A stretch of DNA of 64,000 nucleotides from Chiloscyllium plagiosum (lineage: Eukaryota): NCBI RefSeq assembly GCF_004010195.1, contig NC_057719.1, positions 72,948,088 through 73,012,087 on the forward strand. Reading direction: 5' to 3'. Shown here one piece after another: positions 1 through 14,870 of the stretch. Every line of letters begins with the position of its first letter. The first letter of the stretch is position 1. The position numbers and the translations under genes are program-made. The notes under the pieces were generated by a model, which was given only the letters and a program-made list of their open reading frames with translations, had not been told where the DNA came from and did no database searches.

Positions 1-866
1 AATTGCAGATTAAACTTTGATTAAGAAAGTGTCAAATTTACTGATGAGAGAAAGATACATAAGAAAATATTGTAGAAAAGTCACACAGAAGCTATAAAGG
101 TTCACAGATGGGTACGCAGGAAGTGCTTATGGAATTAAAACAATTGATAGGAAGGGAGAGTTCATCAGCATAAACATGAAAGTTCGTCCAGGATTATGAA
201 TTACAAATAATTACAGCCATTTGGCCCAATTGATCTATGTCAGTGTTGTGGACCACACAAACCTCCCCCTACCCTTCTTCATCCAACCTCATCAAGATAT
301 CTTTCCATTTCTTTCACTAGCTCCTTATGTCTACAGATGACATCATGAGGTAGAAAAAGGGACGTGATGACAGACCCACAGGTAGCGATGGACAGATGGA
401 AAAAAAGCCATTATTAGAGATTCATTGGCCATGTGTGGATTAGAGGAGCAGTCAAGAAGAAAGCTGGTATGCTCTGTTGTAGCAAATGTTACCTGTGCAG
501 AAAATTGCGTTTATGACTTTGATCAAAGCTATTTTGGGAGGAAATAAATGGGATTCAAGGCATTTGAAAAATCATATTTTGAAAACTACTGTACATAATA
601 ACTTCACAACATGATTTTTGAAAATAAAGTTTAGAGATACAGCATTAACTTAAGAGGACAGACAATTTGAAATTTTTTAGTATTTTAATGACACGATTGG
701 ATCTTGATTGGACTCCTAATTATCAGATGCCTCACAGATCAACATATCTTTAAAATGTTAAGAATCCGCTAAAATCTCTGCAGCGCCAACAGTTACAATT
801 AAATAAATGCCAATAATTCATCACTTTCCTCTCTTAAGAACTCTGACACTTTTAATTTAGGAATCA

Positions 867-1028
<162 letters not shown>

Positions 1029-1173
1029 TTAAAAATGGATTTTCAATATACATTGACCATGGATATGAACAAAAATTGTTTAACAGCACCATATAAACAT
1101 AAGTGGAAAAATATATTTGATGACGAAAGATTTGGTGTTCAATAACAAAACAGCAGTGCTTAAAATCAATTTA

Positions 1174-1524
<351 letters not shown>

Positions 1525-2385
1525 TCAAAAAGAAACAATTTTAGCTTTTTAACCAAGATATTCAAAACTTTTGCCTTCAAGCTGGTTGCCAGTTAGGTTG
1601 TTCAATACTTTTACTGACAAAGGACTCACCTACTGCTAACATAAAAACAAGCAGACATAAGATCAGACAGTTCAGTCCATCATTTCATAAAAATAGATAT
1701 TCACCAATGCACCCCAATATCCAATTGTTCTTTGAATAAGATTGGAGTTTTAAATATTCACTACCTTTCCCAGAATTAAGTGTTATTTATTCTGTTGACA
1801 AAATTCTCTTTTACCCTTTCGTGGCCATCTACTCATCATACAGTAATGCACAAGATAGGATTTGTATTAGTTGAGTGTAATGAGCTCAAAATTCATATGC
1901 AGATCAGTACTGACATTAATAATATCCTTTTAGATGTAATTGCAGTTTGTTAAAAATGACCTGGATTTTGCAGTCGTAATGACACTCACTTTCAGCATTT
2001 AACTTCATTACAGTTGTGAAACTGACATCAATTTCTAACATCTGCACAGGTGCAGTTAAACGTCAACATCCACAAATTGCTTTCAGTGATTACCTAATCC
2101 TCCTCAGGATATGCCACTGAAGTCACTGCAGATGACCATTTTGGAAATCAATTCAACCCACTCCAATACTACCGTACTTAAAATTATAACAAGTTGAGCC
2201 TTATTGAACAACATTTTTTTTCTTAGAACAATGCAATAAAGTTAATGGCTTCTGACAACCTCCTACACCCTGAAAAGCAAAGTTAATGTTTGGAAATTTT
2301 CAAATTTCAAATCAGATCAAACATGGATTGTTAGTGAGGAAAATTATCGTATTAATATGTCAACTTTGGTCTAATACTTTTTTTA

Positions 2386-2757
2386 TATAGAGGTTTACAA
2401 AATTATAAGGGGCATGGATAAGATAAATAGACAAAGTCTTTTCCCTGGGGTCGGGGAGTCCAGAACTAGAGGGCATAGGTTTAGAGTGAGAGGGGAAAGA
2501 TATAAGAGAGACCTACGGAGCAACTTTTTCACAGAGAGGTTGGTACATGTACGGAATGAGCTGCCAGGGGAAGTGGTTGAGGCTGGTACAATTGCAACAT
2601 TTAAAAGGTATTTGGATGGATATATGAATAGGATGGGTTTGGAGGGATATGGGCCAGGTGCTGGCAGGTGGGACTAGATTGGTTTGGGATATCTGGTCGG
2701 CATGGACGGGTTGGACCGAAGGGTCCGTTTCCATGCTGTACACCTCTATGACTATGA
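2386..2757 (+). mobile_element. CR1-type LINE 3' end, 5'-truncated
   Basis: CR1 ORF2 C-terminus (LFPGVGESRTRGHRF...FKRYLD) and CTATGACT tail. Confidence 0.88.
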
Positions 2758-3943
2758 CATGTGTCCCCAATTTTAATTTCACACTCCGTAAACCTAATAA
2801 CACATTTATATAGGAAGAAATACACCTTACTTCTCAACATCTGCATATAAACATTCGTCAATGTGAGTAACATCACCTGTTGCTGGACTCCTGGTGATTA
2901 TTGCAACTTGGCACCAGAATCAAACAAACAATAGGAAATGCACTGCTTTTTTGCTTTCAAGATCAATAGAAAGTTCCATTACCGCCAATCACAAAATTTA
3001 AACAATCATTTTAATATATTTTCTGCACCACTACACAGTGTATTTAATATCCCGAGATGAATTGTAAATTTAATGGCGGATGTGTTTTTTTTTTTAAGCA
3101 TATGATGGTACTCAGGCCTCTCGAGTGGTACCTGCTTATGACCTGCTAATGAATTCAGGACCCTTTGAGAGAAGTGATTTTTTGTCATCTGTTTTAAATC
3201 TAGAGCCCCTGATCCTAAAACTATGACCTCTCATTCCAGAGTGCCTCACAATCCAAATCATTAAATCTAATGTCAGATAGCTTTTTAACAGATTGCTTTA
3301 CTGGTCTTACTCAGGAAACCTCATATGTACAAGTCGCTCTTGCAGTTCTTTGGGATAGAATCCATAATACGTACAAATTATGGAACTTTTCATGGTTTGA
3401 GTGATAGGATTACATTCAATCAGTACCTGCAAGCAACAATTCGGATCATCAGCAAGTAAAACATTTACATTTAATGAGAGCAAACCTTGCGGGTGAACTC
3501 ATTCAAACATATTTTCACATTCTCTAATGTAAACATTACACCACTACAGTCACATTAATATTCAGATGATCATGTCAGAGAACAGCAACACGAGATGAGA
3601 CAATTGGAATTTCATGGTCTCCCTCACAGACCGAAAGGCAGATATGCATCTCCATGTCGTATTGGGCATTCGGTGTCAACCACGGCAGTTTGTGGTTGAG
3701 GTATTTCACTGCTGTGAATTCTGCTTTCCATGTTCAGTATAAGAGTATGTCTAACTTTCAGTATTAGTGGATAACCACAAATTAGTTTTAACAAATTAAG
3801 GCACTCGTCCAACTGTCTAGTTTATTGCATAATAGCAATTGTATCTAACTACATTTGGTAGTTAGATACAATTACAACTATCAGTAGCCAGGGATGACAT
3901 GTGTCACCATTGTGATTTGTTGCTGAAAGATGATGTAACATCA

Positions 3944-4183
<240 letters not shown>

Positions 4184-5103
4184 TTAAGGGAAATATAAAG
4201 CAAAATATTGTAGATACCAAGGATAAGTGCACACAAAATATAAGCAAAACGAGTAGAGAAACTTTGAGCTGAGTTTATTGCTCAAGTGTTATACCAAGTT
4301 GAGCTTTACAACCTTGACAAAGATAAAGCGAATCCAGAAGTCAGAGCCAGGTTCAGTTCAGAAGATCCACATCAATACATGTGCTGTTCACAAGACTAAA
4401 ATTAATCAAAGCCTTGATTTTTCTTCAATAATCTGATAAATGTCAGTGAGTTAGCCTGTCTGTCTGCCTCTGGGATAGACAGTAAAAGAGAGTCACATCT
4501 GGTAATTATGAAAAAACTTACCAAAAGGAAATGCTTGCAACTTTGTCAGTTAAAGTTTGAACTGTTCAAGTAAAGCCATGATTATGAGTTCACTGAGGTT
4601 GAATGTTTGTACAACATGTTGGAAAAAAGTGCTGATTCTTTCTTTATGCTGTTTTTAAGATTGTTCCAAATTATGTACAAAGCTTTGTCTTCTTTCCCTT
4701 TTCTTCTAAGTAGACTTATGTACTTTTGTTAAAAGTAAATTGGGAGATTTGCGTGAATATCTTTAGAGGCAGGCCACCATGGCAACTAAATTGCAAAAAT
4801 AAAACTTGTAATTTTTCAAACCAGGTATCACTCTGGAATCTGACTTATTTAGTGTTACCATCAGCTGAAAAATTCTTAACGCATACTACTGAATTTAACA
4901 AGCTATATTCCTGGAACAATCCAGTGATGCATTGTATAAAAGTATTATTCATAAGATGGCATCCTTTCTCATAACATTTAATTTGCCATACATTATCAAG
5001 AACAATACATGAAGCACAAATCACATGAATTGAGAGGCAGCCACAGTGTAGAATAAAATGTACAAACTGCAATAAACTTTTCAAATTGTACATCCAAAGA
5101 TAA

Positions 5104-5560
5104 AGGATGTTGCCAGGGTTGAAGGATCTAAACTACAGGGAAAGGCTGAACAGGCCGGTGCTGTTTTCCCTGGAGCATCGGAGGCTGAGGGGTGACCTTA
5201 TAGAGGTTTACAAAATTATGAGGGGCATGGATAGGATAAATAGACAAAGTCTTTTCCCTGGGGTCGGGGAGTCCAGAACTAGAGGGCATAGGTTTAGGGT
5301 GAGAGGGGAAAGATATAAAAGAGAACTAAGGGGCAACTTTTTCATGCAGAGGGTGGTACGTGAGCTGCCAGAGGATGTGGTGGAGGCTGGTACAATTGCA
5401 ACATTTAAGAGGCATTTGGATGGGTATATGAATAGGAAGGGTTTGGAGGGTTATGGGCCGGGAGCTGGCAGGTGGGACTAGATTGGGTTGGGATATCAGG
5501 TCGGCATGGACAGGTTGGACCGAAGGGTCTGTTTCCATGCTGTACATCTCTATGACTCTA
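5104..5560 (+). mobile_element. CR1-type LINE 3' end, same subfamily as 2386-2757
   Basis: RRLRGDLIEVYKIM motif and CTCTATGACTCTAT tail. Confidence 0.88.
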
Positions 5561-5632
5561 TAACTGTGGAGCCCACATACAAAACTACATCTCAACATTA
5601 AGCTTTCTTTGTTTGGCATGAAGATTATCCTA

Positions 5633-5902
<270 letters not shown>

Positions 5903-6252
5903 CTAGAAAAACATGAATCAATGAAAATTGCGATTGCTTCTAATTTCAAGACCCAACAAAATACATTTGAATAACATTACACAACTCAGTTAATTATCCC
6001 TTTCCATCACACATTTCATGATTAAATTCAAAGTTGTTGTAAACTGCACAAAACTAAAATGAGTAATCTGGGGATCTAAGATGGCGGCGATCCGAAAAGA
6101 TCACACTGCAGAGCTTTGCATTGCAGCAGGAGCAGGATGGTCCTTTAACCCACCGAACGCAGGTCATCAGGATTTCTTGGGGTATTGGAAAGATTGTGGA
6201 GCTCCAAGAAACATTTTAAAATTGACTTACCTGTATTTTCAGCTGTCCAGAA

Positions 6253-7054
6253 ATGCCTAAAAAGGGAGGAGGAGCATCTGAGGCCAGGCCTGCAGCTCAG
6301 CCTGCAGCAGCCTCGGAGCCGATTACTCTCCAGGACCTGGTGAACCAGCTTTCGAAATCTCGCGAGATGTTGGGGAAAGAGATTGAAAAGAAGTTGGCTC
6401 CAGTCTCTCTCATGCTGCAGAAGCATGAGCAGCAGCTGGGAGACCTGGAGAAGAGGATGGATGAGGTGGAGCACAGGGTCACAGTGGTGGAAGCTGATGC
6501 CAGTTCATTCAAGGAAGAGATCCAAGCCCTGAAGACACAGGTTCGTAACTTGCATGACTAAGTGGATGATCTTGAAAACAGGGGCAGGAGAAAAAACATT
6601 TGGATCATCAGTCTGCCGGAGGGTAAGGAAGGTGAGCGACCTGCGGAATTTGTTGAAGATTGGCTTCTGAAATTCCTTGACTTGGAGGCTGGCATGAAAG
6701 GATTGAAGATAGAGAGGGCTCACTGAGTCGCAGCGCGGAGGTCGGGTCTGGGTCAACGCACTCGTCCTTTCCTGGTGCGGTTCCATCATTACCGGGATAA
6801 GGAGAGAGTTATAGAGGCTTCCAGACTCTCGGGGTAGGATCCAAAGGCCCTAATTTACGAGGGGTCTAAGCTCATGTTTTTTCAGGACTTTTCAGAAACG
6901 AAAATTGTATGATTGCGTCAAGAGAAGACTGAAGGAGCTTGGGATTCAGTACTCCCTGAGATATCCGGCAGTGCTTCGGATCACCTTAGATGGATCCATG
7001 CATCTCTTTGACACATCGGAGAAGGCAAGAGACTTTGTGGACAAACTAACCTAA
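6253..7054 (+). pseudogene. L1 ORF1p (coiled coil plus RRM/CTD), with in-frame stops
   Basis: Heptad-rich coiled coil followed by DLENRGRRKNIWIISLPEG, typical of L1 ORF1; TAA at 6559-6561 and further lesions. Confidence 0.85.
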
Positions 7055-7659
7055 TTTAAACAATTGTAGTATGTATAAATATTGTTGCTTGGGTATGCGT
7101 TTATCATTCTGTAAAAGAAATGGAGGAAATCCAGTTGGAGCTTTGTTTTTCCCCTTTTTTTTCGTCTATTGATAATAATTTGGTTCAAACTATGTCTGGC
7201 GGAGGTTAAGATGTACATTTTAAATTTCTAAGTTAGGACATACCAAAGGATGGGTGGGGTATTTGTTCCCCCTTTTTTTTAAAGAAAGAATTTTTTAAAT
7301 TCATATTTATATTCTATGGGGTGTTTATTCTTTTTAGCTTGTGCTTGCGATGCGGCTCTAGCTGGGAGAAGTGAAGGTGGTTGAGATGGTTAGATGCCTA
7401 TTTATGGGCAGTTCGGGACGGGTAGTTGCCCCCTCCGGCCAGGGGGTGAGTTCCCCTACTCAGCGCTACTGGCACTTTATATATTGTTTTGTTTTCTGGT
7501 TTTTGTTGTTTTTTATTTTTAATAATTTCGTATGTTTGTAAAATGTAGTGGTTTTAGTTTATGTAGTTTTTATATTTGGGGGACCATGCGACACTAAGGC
7601 TCAGCAATTTGTATTTCAGGTTCCTCCTCTCTGGAATTTAAATATAATTGCAGAAGATT

Positions 7660-10600
7660 ATGGCTAATGATTTGATTAAATGGTGTACTGGAATATCAAG
7701 GGAAGTCACTCACCAATTAAGAGAAAGAAGGTACTCGAGTCTTAGAAAGGAGAAGGCGGATATTGCTTTGTTACAGGAGACTCATTTGGATGACAAGGGG
7801 CATCTGAGATTACAGCAGAATGGCTTTGACCGAGTTTATTTTTCATCATTTAATACCAGAAGTAGGGGTGTGGCTATATTGGTAAGGAAAAATCTCTCAT
7901 TTAAATTGTTGGAATGTGTTAAAGACACATACGGGAGGTTTGTAATTCTTAAAGCCTTGATAAATGGGGAAGAATATGGCATTTTAAATGTTTATTGTCC
8001 CCCAGCTCATCCTCTTGAATTCTTGGTAGATGCTTTTTCTAAACTGATAAGTCTCAAGTCTCGGCACATCATTACTGGGGGAGATTTTAACTGCCTCATG
8101 GACCCCACAGTAGACAGGTTGCCTAAAGGTCCCTCGATACTCTCTGCACAAACTAAACAGTTATTGGGTCTGTGTGGGGAATTATGGTTGGTGGACGTCT
8201 GGAGGTGTCTCCACCCTACAGGTAGGGATTTCACTTTTTTATCCAATCCGCATAGATGTCACATGAGGATTGATTTTTTTCTGACCCCTGCGGGACCCCT
8301 GGATCTGGTGGCATCCTGTACGATTGGTAATATTGCCATCTCTGACCATGCTCCAGTGTACTTCATGGTTAAAATTAAGGATGTTACAGCGGATTCAAGG
8401 TACTGACAAACGGACCCCTTTATCCTCATGGACAGCAAGTTTGTGCAGTATTTCTCTAGGGAATTTCAGGCATTCCTAGACATCAACATAGGCTCGGTTG
8501 ATAGCTCATCTGTTCTCCGGGAAACTTCCAAAGCTTATGCCAGGGGGTTAGTTATTTCATATTCCACCAGTAGGAAGCGGCAGAAGGGTGAGCAGCAAAG
8601 TCTCCTTGTCGCACGGTTGAAGGCAGCCGAGAAGGCCTATTTTGACAGACCCTCGCTGGTCAAATTACAGAGGATTACGGCACTGCGGTCTGCATTAAAT
8701 TCTGTGCTCACGCAGACGGCAAAGAAGGAGCTGGCTTTCGCAAAGCAAAGGTTAAACAAGCATGGTGACAAGCCAGGCAAATACTTAGCATACCTTGCCA
8801 GAAAGAGAAGTGCCCCACAAACCATTACAGCGATTAGGGAAGGGTCTGGGAACCTAACATGTGATTCTAAAAAGATTAATGTAGCGTTCCAGAGATTCTA
8901 CTCTAAATTGTATCAGTCTGAGATTTGTAAGGAGAGGCAGGCCAAAATGGAATCCTTTTTTCGAGATCTGAAGCTCCCATGTGTGACTCCCGAACAACAG
9001 CCCTTTTTCAATGCCCCATTATCAGAGCAAGAAGTGCAGGAAGCTGTGAGACAGCTTCAAAATGGAAAGGCGTCCGGTCCTGATGGACTTCCCTGTGAAT
9101 TCTATAAGGAATTTATAAGTATACTGTCAGGCCCGATGCTCAATATGTTCAATGATTCATACAGTCCTGTTTGTCTCCCACCATCTCTTAGTGAGGCCAA
9201 TATTTCACATCCTTAAAAAAGGGAAGGATCCAGAAGACTGTGCTTCATACAGGCCCATCTTGCTCTTAAATGTGGACTTTAAGATCCTCTCTAAGGCTCT
9301 TGAGTTAAGGCTGGAGACTGTGTTACCCTCTATTATTAAAGAGGATCAGACAGGCTTCATAAAGGGTTGCAGATCCTCCAATAACATTAGGAGGCTGCTT
9401 AACCTAATTCAAGAGTGCCAACAGCAGTCAATACAGGGATTAGTGATTTCTTTAGATGCAGAGAAGGCATCTGACCGAGTTGAGTGGCCGTATCTTTTCT
9501 ATACTCTAGACCGGTTTGGTCTGGGCGAAGTTTTCATAAGCTGGATAAAGGTTTTCTACAGTGCACCTCTCACTGCGGTCATTACCAACGGGGTACGATC
9601 AAGCAATTTTAATATTTCTAGGCGCAGCTGGCAGGGCTGTCCCCTTTCACCATTACATAGAACATAGAACATAGAAGAATACAGCGCAGTACAGGCCCTT
9701 TGGCCCTCGATGTTGCGCCGATCCAAGCCCACCTAACCTATACTAACCCACTATCCTCCATATACCTATCCAATGCCCGCTTAAATGCCCATAAAGAGGG
9801 AGAGTCCACCACTGCTAACCTTACAGCCTGTTTTATACTGTATTTCAATGTCCTTCCTACCGAAGTGCATCACCTCACACTGCTCTGCATTAATCCTCAT
9901 CTGCCATAAACCTGAAAACTACACCAATGTGTCACTGTCCTGTTGGAGTTCCACACTGTCCATCACAAACATTATAATTCTTCCAGGTTTAGTATCTGCA
10001 TATTTTGAAATTGTCCTACAGTCACACACCACACAGAAATACCGATTCACTCACTATTGTGAGGAAGTGCACTATTCACACACTCCCTGAGGACAGACTT
10101 AAATACTGACACCCACCAGACAAAGCAAGTGAAATGCTGACAAGGTCACCCTGGAGCAAGAGAAATACCGACAGACATTCCATGTCTGTATTAGTTTCTG
10201 CGTATTAATGAGTTTCTCTAAATCTCTGTATCAGTGTGTGTGTGTATATCTGTGTGTGTCTGCGTGGGACGAGTCTGGCAGTCACTATGGTGCTTACAGT
10301 GATGTAATATCCACCTGACACGAGTTCTGAGGAAGGGTCACTCGACCTAAAACGTTAACTTTCATTTCTGTCCACAGATGCTGCCAGACCTGCTGAGCTT
10401 TATTTTGCTGTCAGTCTCTGCTCGTCTCCCCCCAGCACTGTACAGCTTGGAGTGGAGGGTAAAAATCATCAGAGATTCAGTTTACGAGGGACAGAGGGAG
10501 GGCAGCAGCTCACAGCATCATCAACAAACACACACACACACACACAAACACACAGACAGTCACAGGCACACAGACACACACACACTCAGAGAAATAGACA

Positions 10601-12326
10601 CATAACATGTGCAGAGAGATAGATACACACAGAGGGGCACACAGATATACATATAAACGCACACAAATAGACAAGTGCGGACAGAAATGCGCAGATACAT
10701 GCTTGGACATACAAACACACTTGGAGTCAGAGAGTTACACTGAGTGTTTGTAAACAGACCTATCGGCCCATACAGTCCATGCGGATGATAATCTCAATCT
10801 AAGCCAGTCCCACTTGCATGTGCTTGGATCATATTTTCCCAGGTGATTGAACCGTTAGCAGAGGCCATTCGTGGGGATCTCAATATATCAGCTCCAGAAG
10901 TGGGGTCAAAATTACATAAAATCTCGCTGTATGCAGATGATGTTCTAATTTTCTTGACAAATCCAGCAGTCTCAGTGCCTTGCCTGATACAATGCATTCA
11001 CGCGTTTGGCGCTTTTTCAGGATACAAGATTAATTTTGCTAAATCAGAGGCTATGCCTATGGGTGGTCTTACGAAAGAGTTGGCTCTTGAGAGTGACTAT
11101 AGATTCCCAGTTAGGTGGTCACAGGGGGGGTTTGTGTATTTGGGCATATTCATTACTCCAGTTCTGGACTGGCTGTTCAAAGACAATTTTATTCAATTAT
11201 TTGAAAAAATTAAAGATCTCCAAAGATGGGAGGCATTTCCAGTCTCATGGTTGGGTCGGATAGCGCTTATTAAGATGAATATTCTCCTTCGTTTGCTATA
11301 CCCTATGCGGATGCTCCCCCTGATTTTCAATAAACAAACACTCAGGAGACTGAAAGGTTGGTTCAGCTCCTTTATCTGGCACCTCATTAAATTAGCCAAA
11401 CTGCAGTTGCCTCACAGATTGGGAGGAGTAGACCTTCCGGACATTAAAAATTACCAATTAAGCTCACTTTTAACCTACGTAAGTGATTGGGTTTGTGGGG
11501 ACCCTCTTTCAAAATGGCTAGATATCAAAGTCTCCCAGGCAAGGTGCCCCCTTACCAGTTTGCTGTTTTTGGACAAAGTGAGGACAGTTAGGGAATATTG
11601 CCATAACCCAATAGTCATCAATACTGTTAAAGCATGGAGGGCAATTCGGCAGAGGGAAGGTAACATTGGCAAAACATCTTTGTTTACACCTTTAGTGGGT
11701 ATGCCGAGTTTTAAACCAGGTATGATAGATTCAGGATGTAAACGCTGGGCAGCTAGGGGTGTATCTTGCATGGGTGATTTATTTGAGGGAGATGTAATGA
11801 TGTCCTTCGATCAGTTGGTACAGAAGTACAAGTTACCTAATAGAGACCTCTTCGTTTTTTTCAAGTTAGGGATATTATTCAAAAAAAGACCACATTTTTG
11901 ACTGATCCCTACAAATCTGACATAGAAAGAGGGGTACTAAGGGCTAAGAGTACACTCTCTGTCAGTACTTTATATCATCAATTGGGGGGTGCCACCTCAG
12001 ATGAGTCTGATCGACTCTGCAAGATGTGGGAAAGAGAGCTGGGTGTTGAAGTTTCTTCAGAGGCATGGAAGGATATTTGGGACAATGCAAGGAAGACATC
12101 AATTTGCAATAGGACCCATGCTTTACAGTGGAAGATTCTCCACAGGGTCCACTTAGCCCCAGACCATTTGTCAAAATTTAAACTCGGGGTATCTTCAGCA
12201 TGTCCCAAGTGCAAAGTCTATATGGGTACTCTTACCCATTGTCTTTGGTCTTGTGACAGGCTTCAAACATATTGGAGCGCTGTGGTGGGTGCAATGGAGA
12301 GGATTTTAGGTGTAGGGGTGTTTTAA
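7660..12326 (+). pseudogene. L1 ORF2p (APE endonuclease, RT, CCHC), frameshifted and interrupted by an insertion at 9656-10841
   Basis: Motifs LQETH, GDFN, SDH (endonuclease); GPDG, YRPI, QGCPLSP, YADD (RT); CPKC-x8-HCLWSC zinc knuckle. Confidence 0.9.
10526..10720. repeat. (CA)n and CA-rich degenerate microsatellite
   Basis: Directly visible in the sequence. Confidence 0.9.
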
Positions 12327-13349
12327 TTTTATGCTTCTCTATATATGTTTATACATTTGTATAGGAGGGTGTCTTGGGGAATTTTTTTTATTATTTGGGT
12401 TTAGTTTAGTACTATTTCGTACTGTTTTGAATTGCATTGTTTTGTATTTGTTGTAATGTTTAAAAATCTATTTTTTCTTAATAAAAATACATTATTAAAA
12501 AAAGAGTAATCTGGAGCTTATCTTTGTATCATATGTACATGGTAAGTGGTAACCATAGGGAAAGACCTACTTATTTCATGTCTGGGAAATTCGCAACGGT
12601 TTTTCGAAGTTTTTGAAAAGAATTTGTAAAGGTTTGCATCACTTGTAAAGGAATAAAGATTTTTTGGGATAATAATGAATATTGGTCTGTACAACCTCAT
12701 AACAATTGATATGGAAAGAATACTAAAAGGAAGGAAGTTTAACTACAGAGGCCATCAAGACAAATGAGAGGATCTGAACAGAGTGAAGGTGGTCAGCAAT
12801 TAGAGTCATAGAGCTGGATTTCTGGGCAACCAAAAAGCATATCCTCTGTTGCCACTGTTTCTATCACTTTCAAGTAACAATTTCCAGAATCAGCCATCCC
12901 ATATGAAAACAAAGGTGGTTGACCTACATTACCACAACTGACAGGATCCAAGAGTTGAGAAGGTTTTAGAAAAAAGTACGGCATTTTGCGGAAAATTGTA
13001 CGGCATAACCGGTTTACATGAAAATCGGGCTATTTCCTTGAAACAGAGACCAAACATTCTGCACGAGGAAGATCTCTGCTTGGAAGAACTTTGAGGCTGA
13101 AAACATTGGCCAGACAGGCAGAATGGACTGGGATAGATTTTCTAGTATTGGCTATTTCATGTGTAATTTTTAGTTCATTCCAATATGATTTGATTATTAA
13201 TTTATATCATGTAAATTCATTCTGACGAGTATTGAAAGAAAAATAATAAAGTGATTTCTTGTTCAGTTATGTCTTGATTTGGCAACTGTTTGATAAACTT
13301 GGGTTTTTGTTTTGAAAAACAGTTCTCCACTGGGATCATAACAATGGAA

Positions 13350-14870
13350 TTTAGACATCAATGGCAAAGCCAGCATGTATGACGAATTCCCAGTTGTCCT
13401 CAAAACGATCAGCCACTATTTTGAACTGAAGTTCATACACTACAAATATATCCAGAATGCAGTTTGAGACTCAATTCTAGAACTTTAACACAGCAACAGC
13501 AAAGGAATGGTGATAAATTTTCATTTGAATTGTGAAAAACCTGGAGATAAATTTGCAGATCTTGGTACACCCAGGTAACTGATGCCACATTGTTCTTCTA
13601 GATGATGTGGTCACTGGTTTGAAGATTTGGTTGAATTTCACCAGGTTGCTACAGTGCATCTTGTAGACAGTACACTGTTGTCACTGTGCCAGTCCTCGAA
13701 GTGGTGTTAATCAAGTGGTGTGTGTTGTTTTGATAGTTTTGAGTGAGATGAGTGCAATGTATTCATCATGCTCCTGACTTGTGCCTTGTTGACACCGGAT
13801 AGATTTTGGGGAATCAGCAAGAAGAGGTAATCATCGTAAAATTCTCAGTATCTGAACCACAGTCGTCACCACCACAGTATTCATCAGGCTGGTCTATCTA
13901 ATTTTCTGGTAAATGGTAACAAAAAGGTTGGTGAAGGTGGTGAACTCAGTATTTGTAATGTTAATGATGATAGGGAGAGGATTAGATTGCTTATTATTGA
14001 TGATAGGTCATTGCATGGCACTTCTGCGACACGTATGCTACTTGCCAATCATCCTCCTAAGCCTAAATGTTGTCCACAGCGTACCACACAGAGGCATGGA
14101 CCGATGACTTACCAATGGGCCAAAAATCTGCATTCATCAGCAAACCACTTTTGACCTTTACGATGGAGGAAAAGTCAGAATGATTCATGGGCTGGGCCCA
14201 GGGCACTACCCTCAGGAACAGGCAATGATGTCTTTGCACTGAAATGAATAGTCTCCAAAAGTCTTTACCAACTTATTGGTATGACTGCAACTCGTGGAGA
14301 GTTTCCCTTCAATTCTCATTGACTATAACTTCACTTAGGCTCCTTGGTGCCAGACTTAATCAAATGTATCCTCGACGTTAGGAGGAATTGTTTTTTACTT
14401 CATTTCCATAATTCAATTCTTGCCCATATTTGGGCAAAATTTACAATGAACTCTGGAGTTGATTGGTCCTGGTGGAATCTGAAGTCAGCTTCAGTGAGCA
14501 GGTTAAGTACCCCTTGACAGCTCTGTTGATATCTTCTTCACTCTGATCATGATCGAGAATGGATTTATGGGGGAAGAAATTGGCTGAATTGATTAATTCT
14601 GTTTTTTCTTGTAGACAGAACATAATTGGGCAATCTTCTACATTGGCAGGTAGACGCTAATATGGTAGTTGTACTGAAATTGCTTGACTAAGAGTCTCAC
14701 TAGCACAGGAATGATACAGCACAGAAGATGCAGATATCCTCAGCACTACAGCTGGTACAACATCAAGGCCTGCAGTGTACACAATGCACTTGGCAATTTC
14801 TTTATTTCATACTGAAAGAAATCAAATTGGCTGAAGACTGTGATGTTGGAGAGCTGAGGAAGATGTCAAT
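13350..14870 (-). mobile_element. Ancient CR1/L2-class LINE fragment
   Basis: Degenerate; shares 3' sequence with copies at ~29110-30180, ~44780-45090 and ~53370-53690. Boundaries are approximate. Confidence 0.5.

Larger units (their letters stand above)
6072..12503 (+). mobile_element. Full-length, decayed L1-clade LINE in a HEATR5A intron, antisense to the gene
   Basis: TSD GAGTAATCTGG at 6061-6071 and 12504-12514. Contains 5'UTR, ORF1, a ~600 bp spacer, ORF2, AATAAA and an A-rich tail. Confidence 0.92.

Noticed and set aside
10283..10301. CACTATG-GTGCT-TACAGTG resembling an Ig/TCR D segment between RSS heptamers
   Set aside because: Both heptamers deviate from consensus, one at the critical CAC. 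There is no proper nonamer at 12 or 23 spacing; the only near match is a TG microsatellite.
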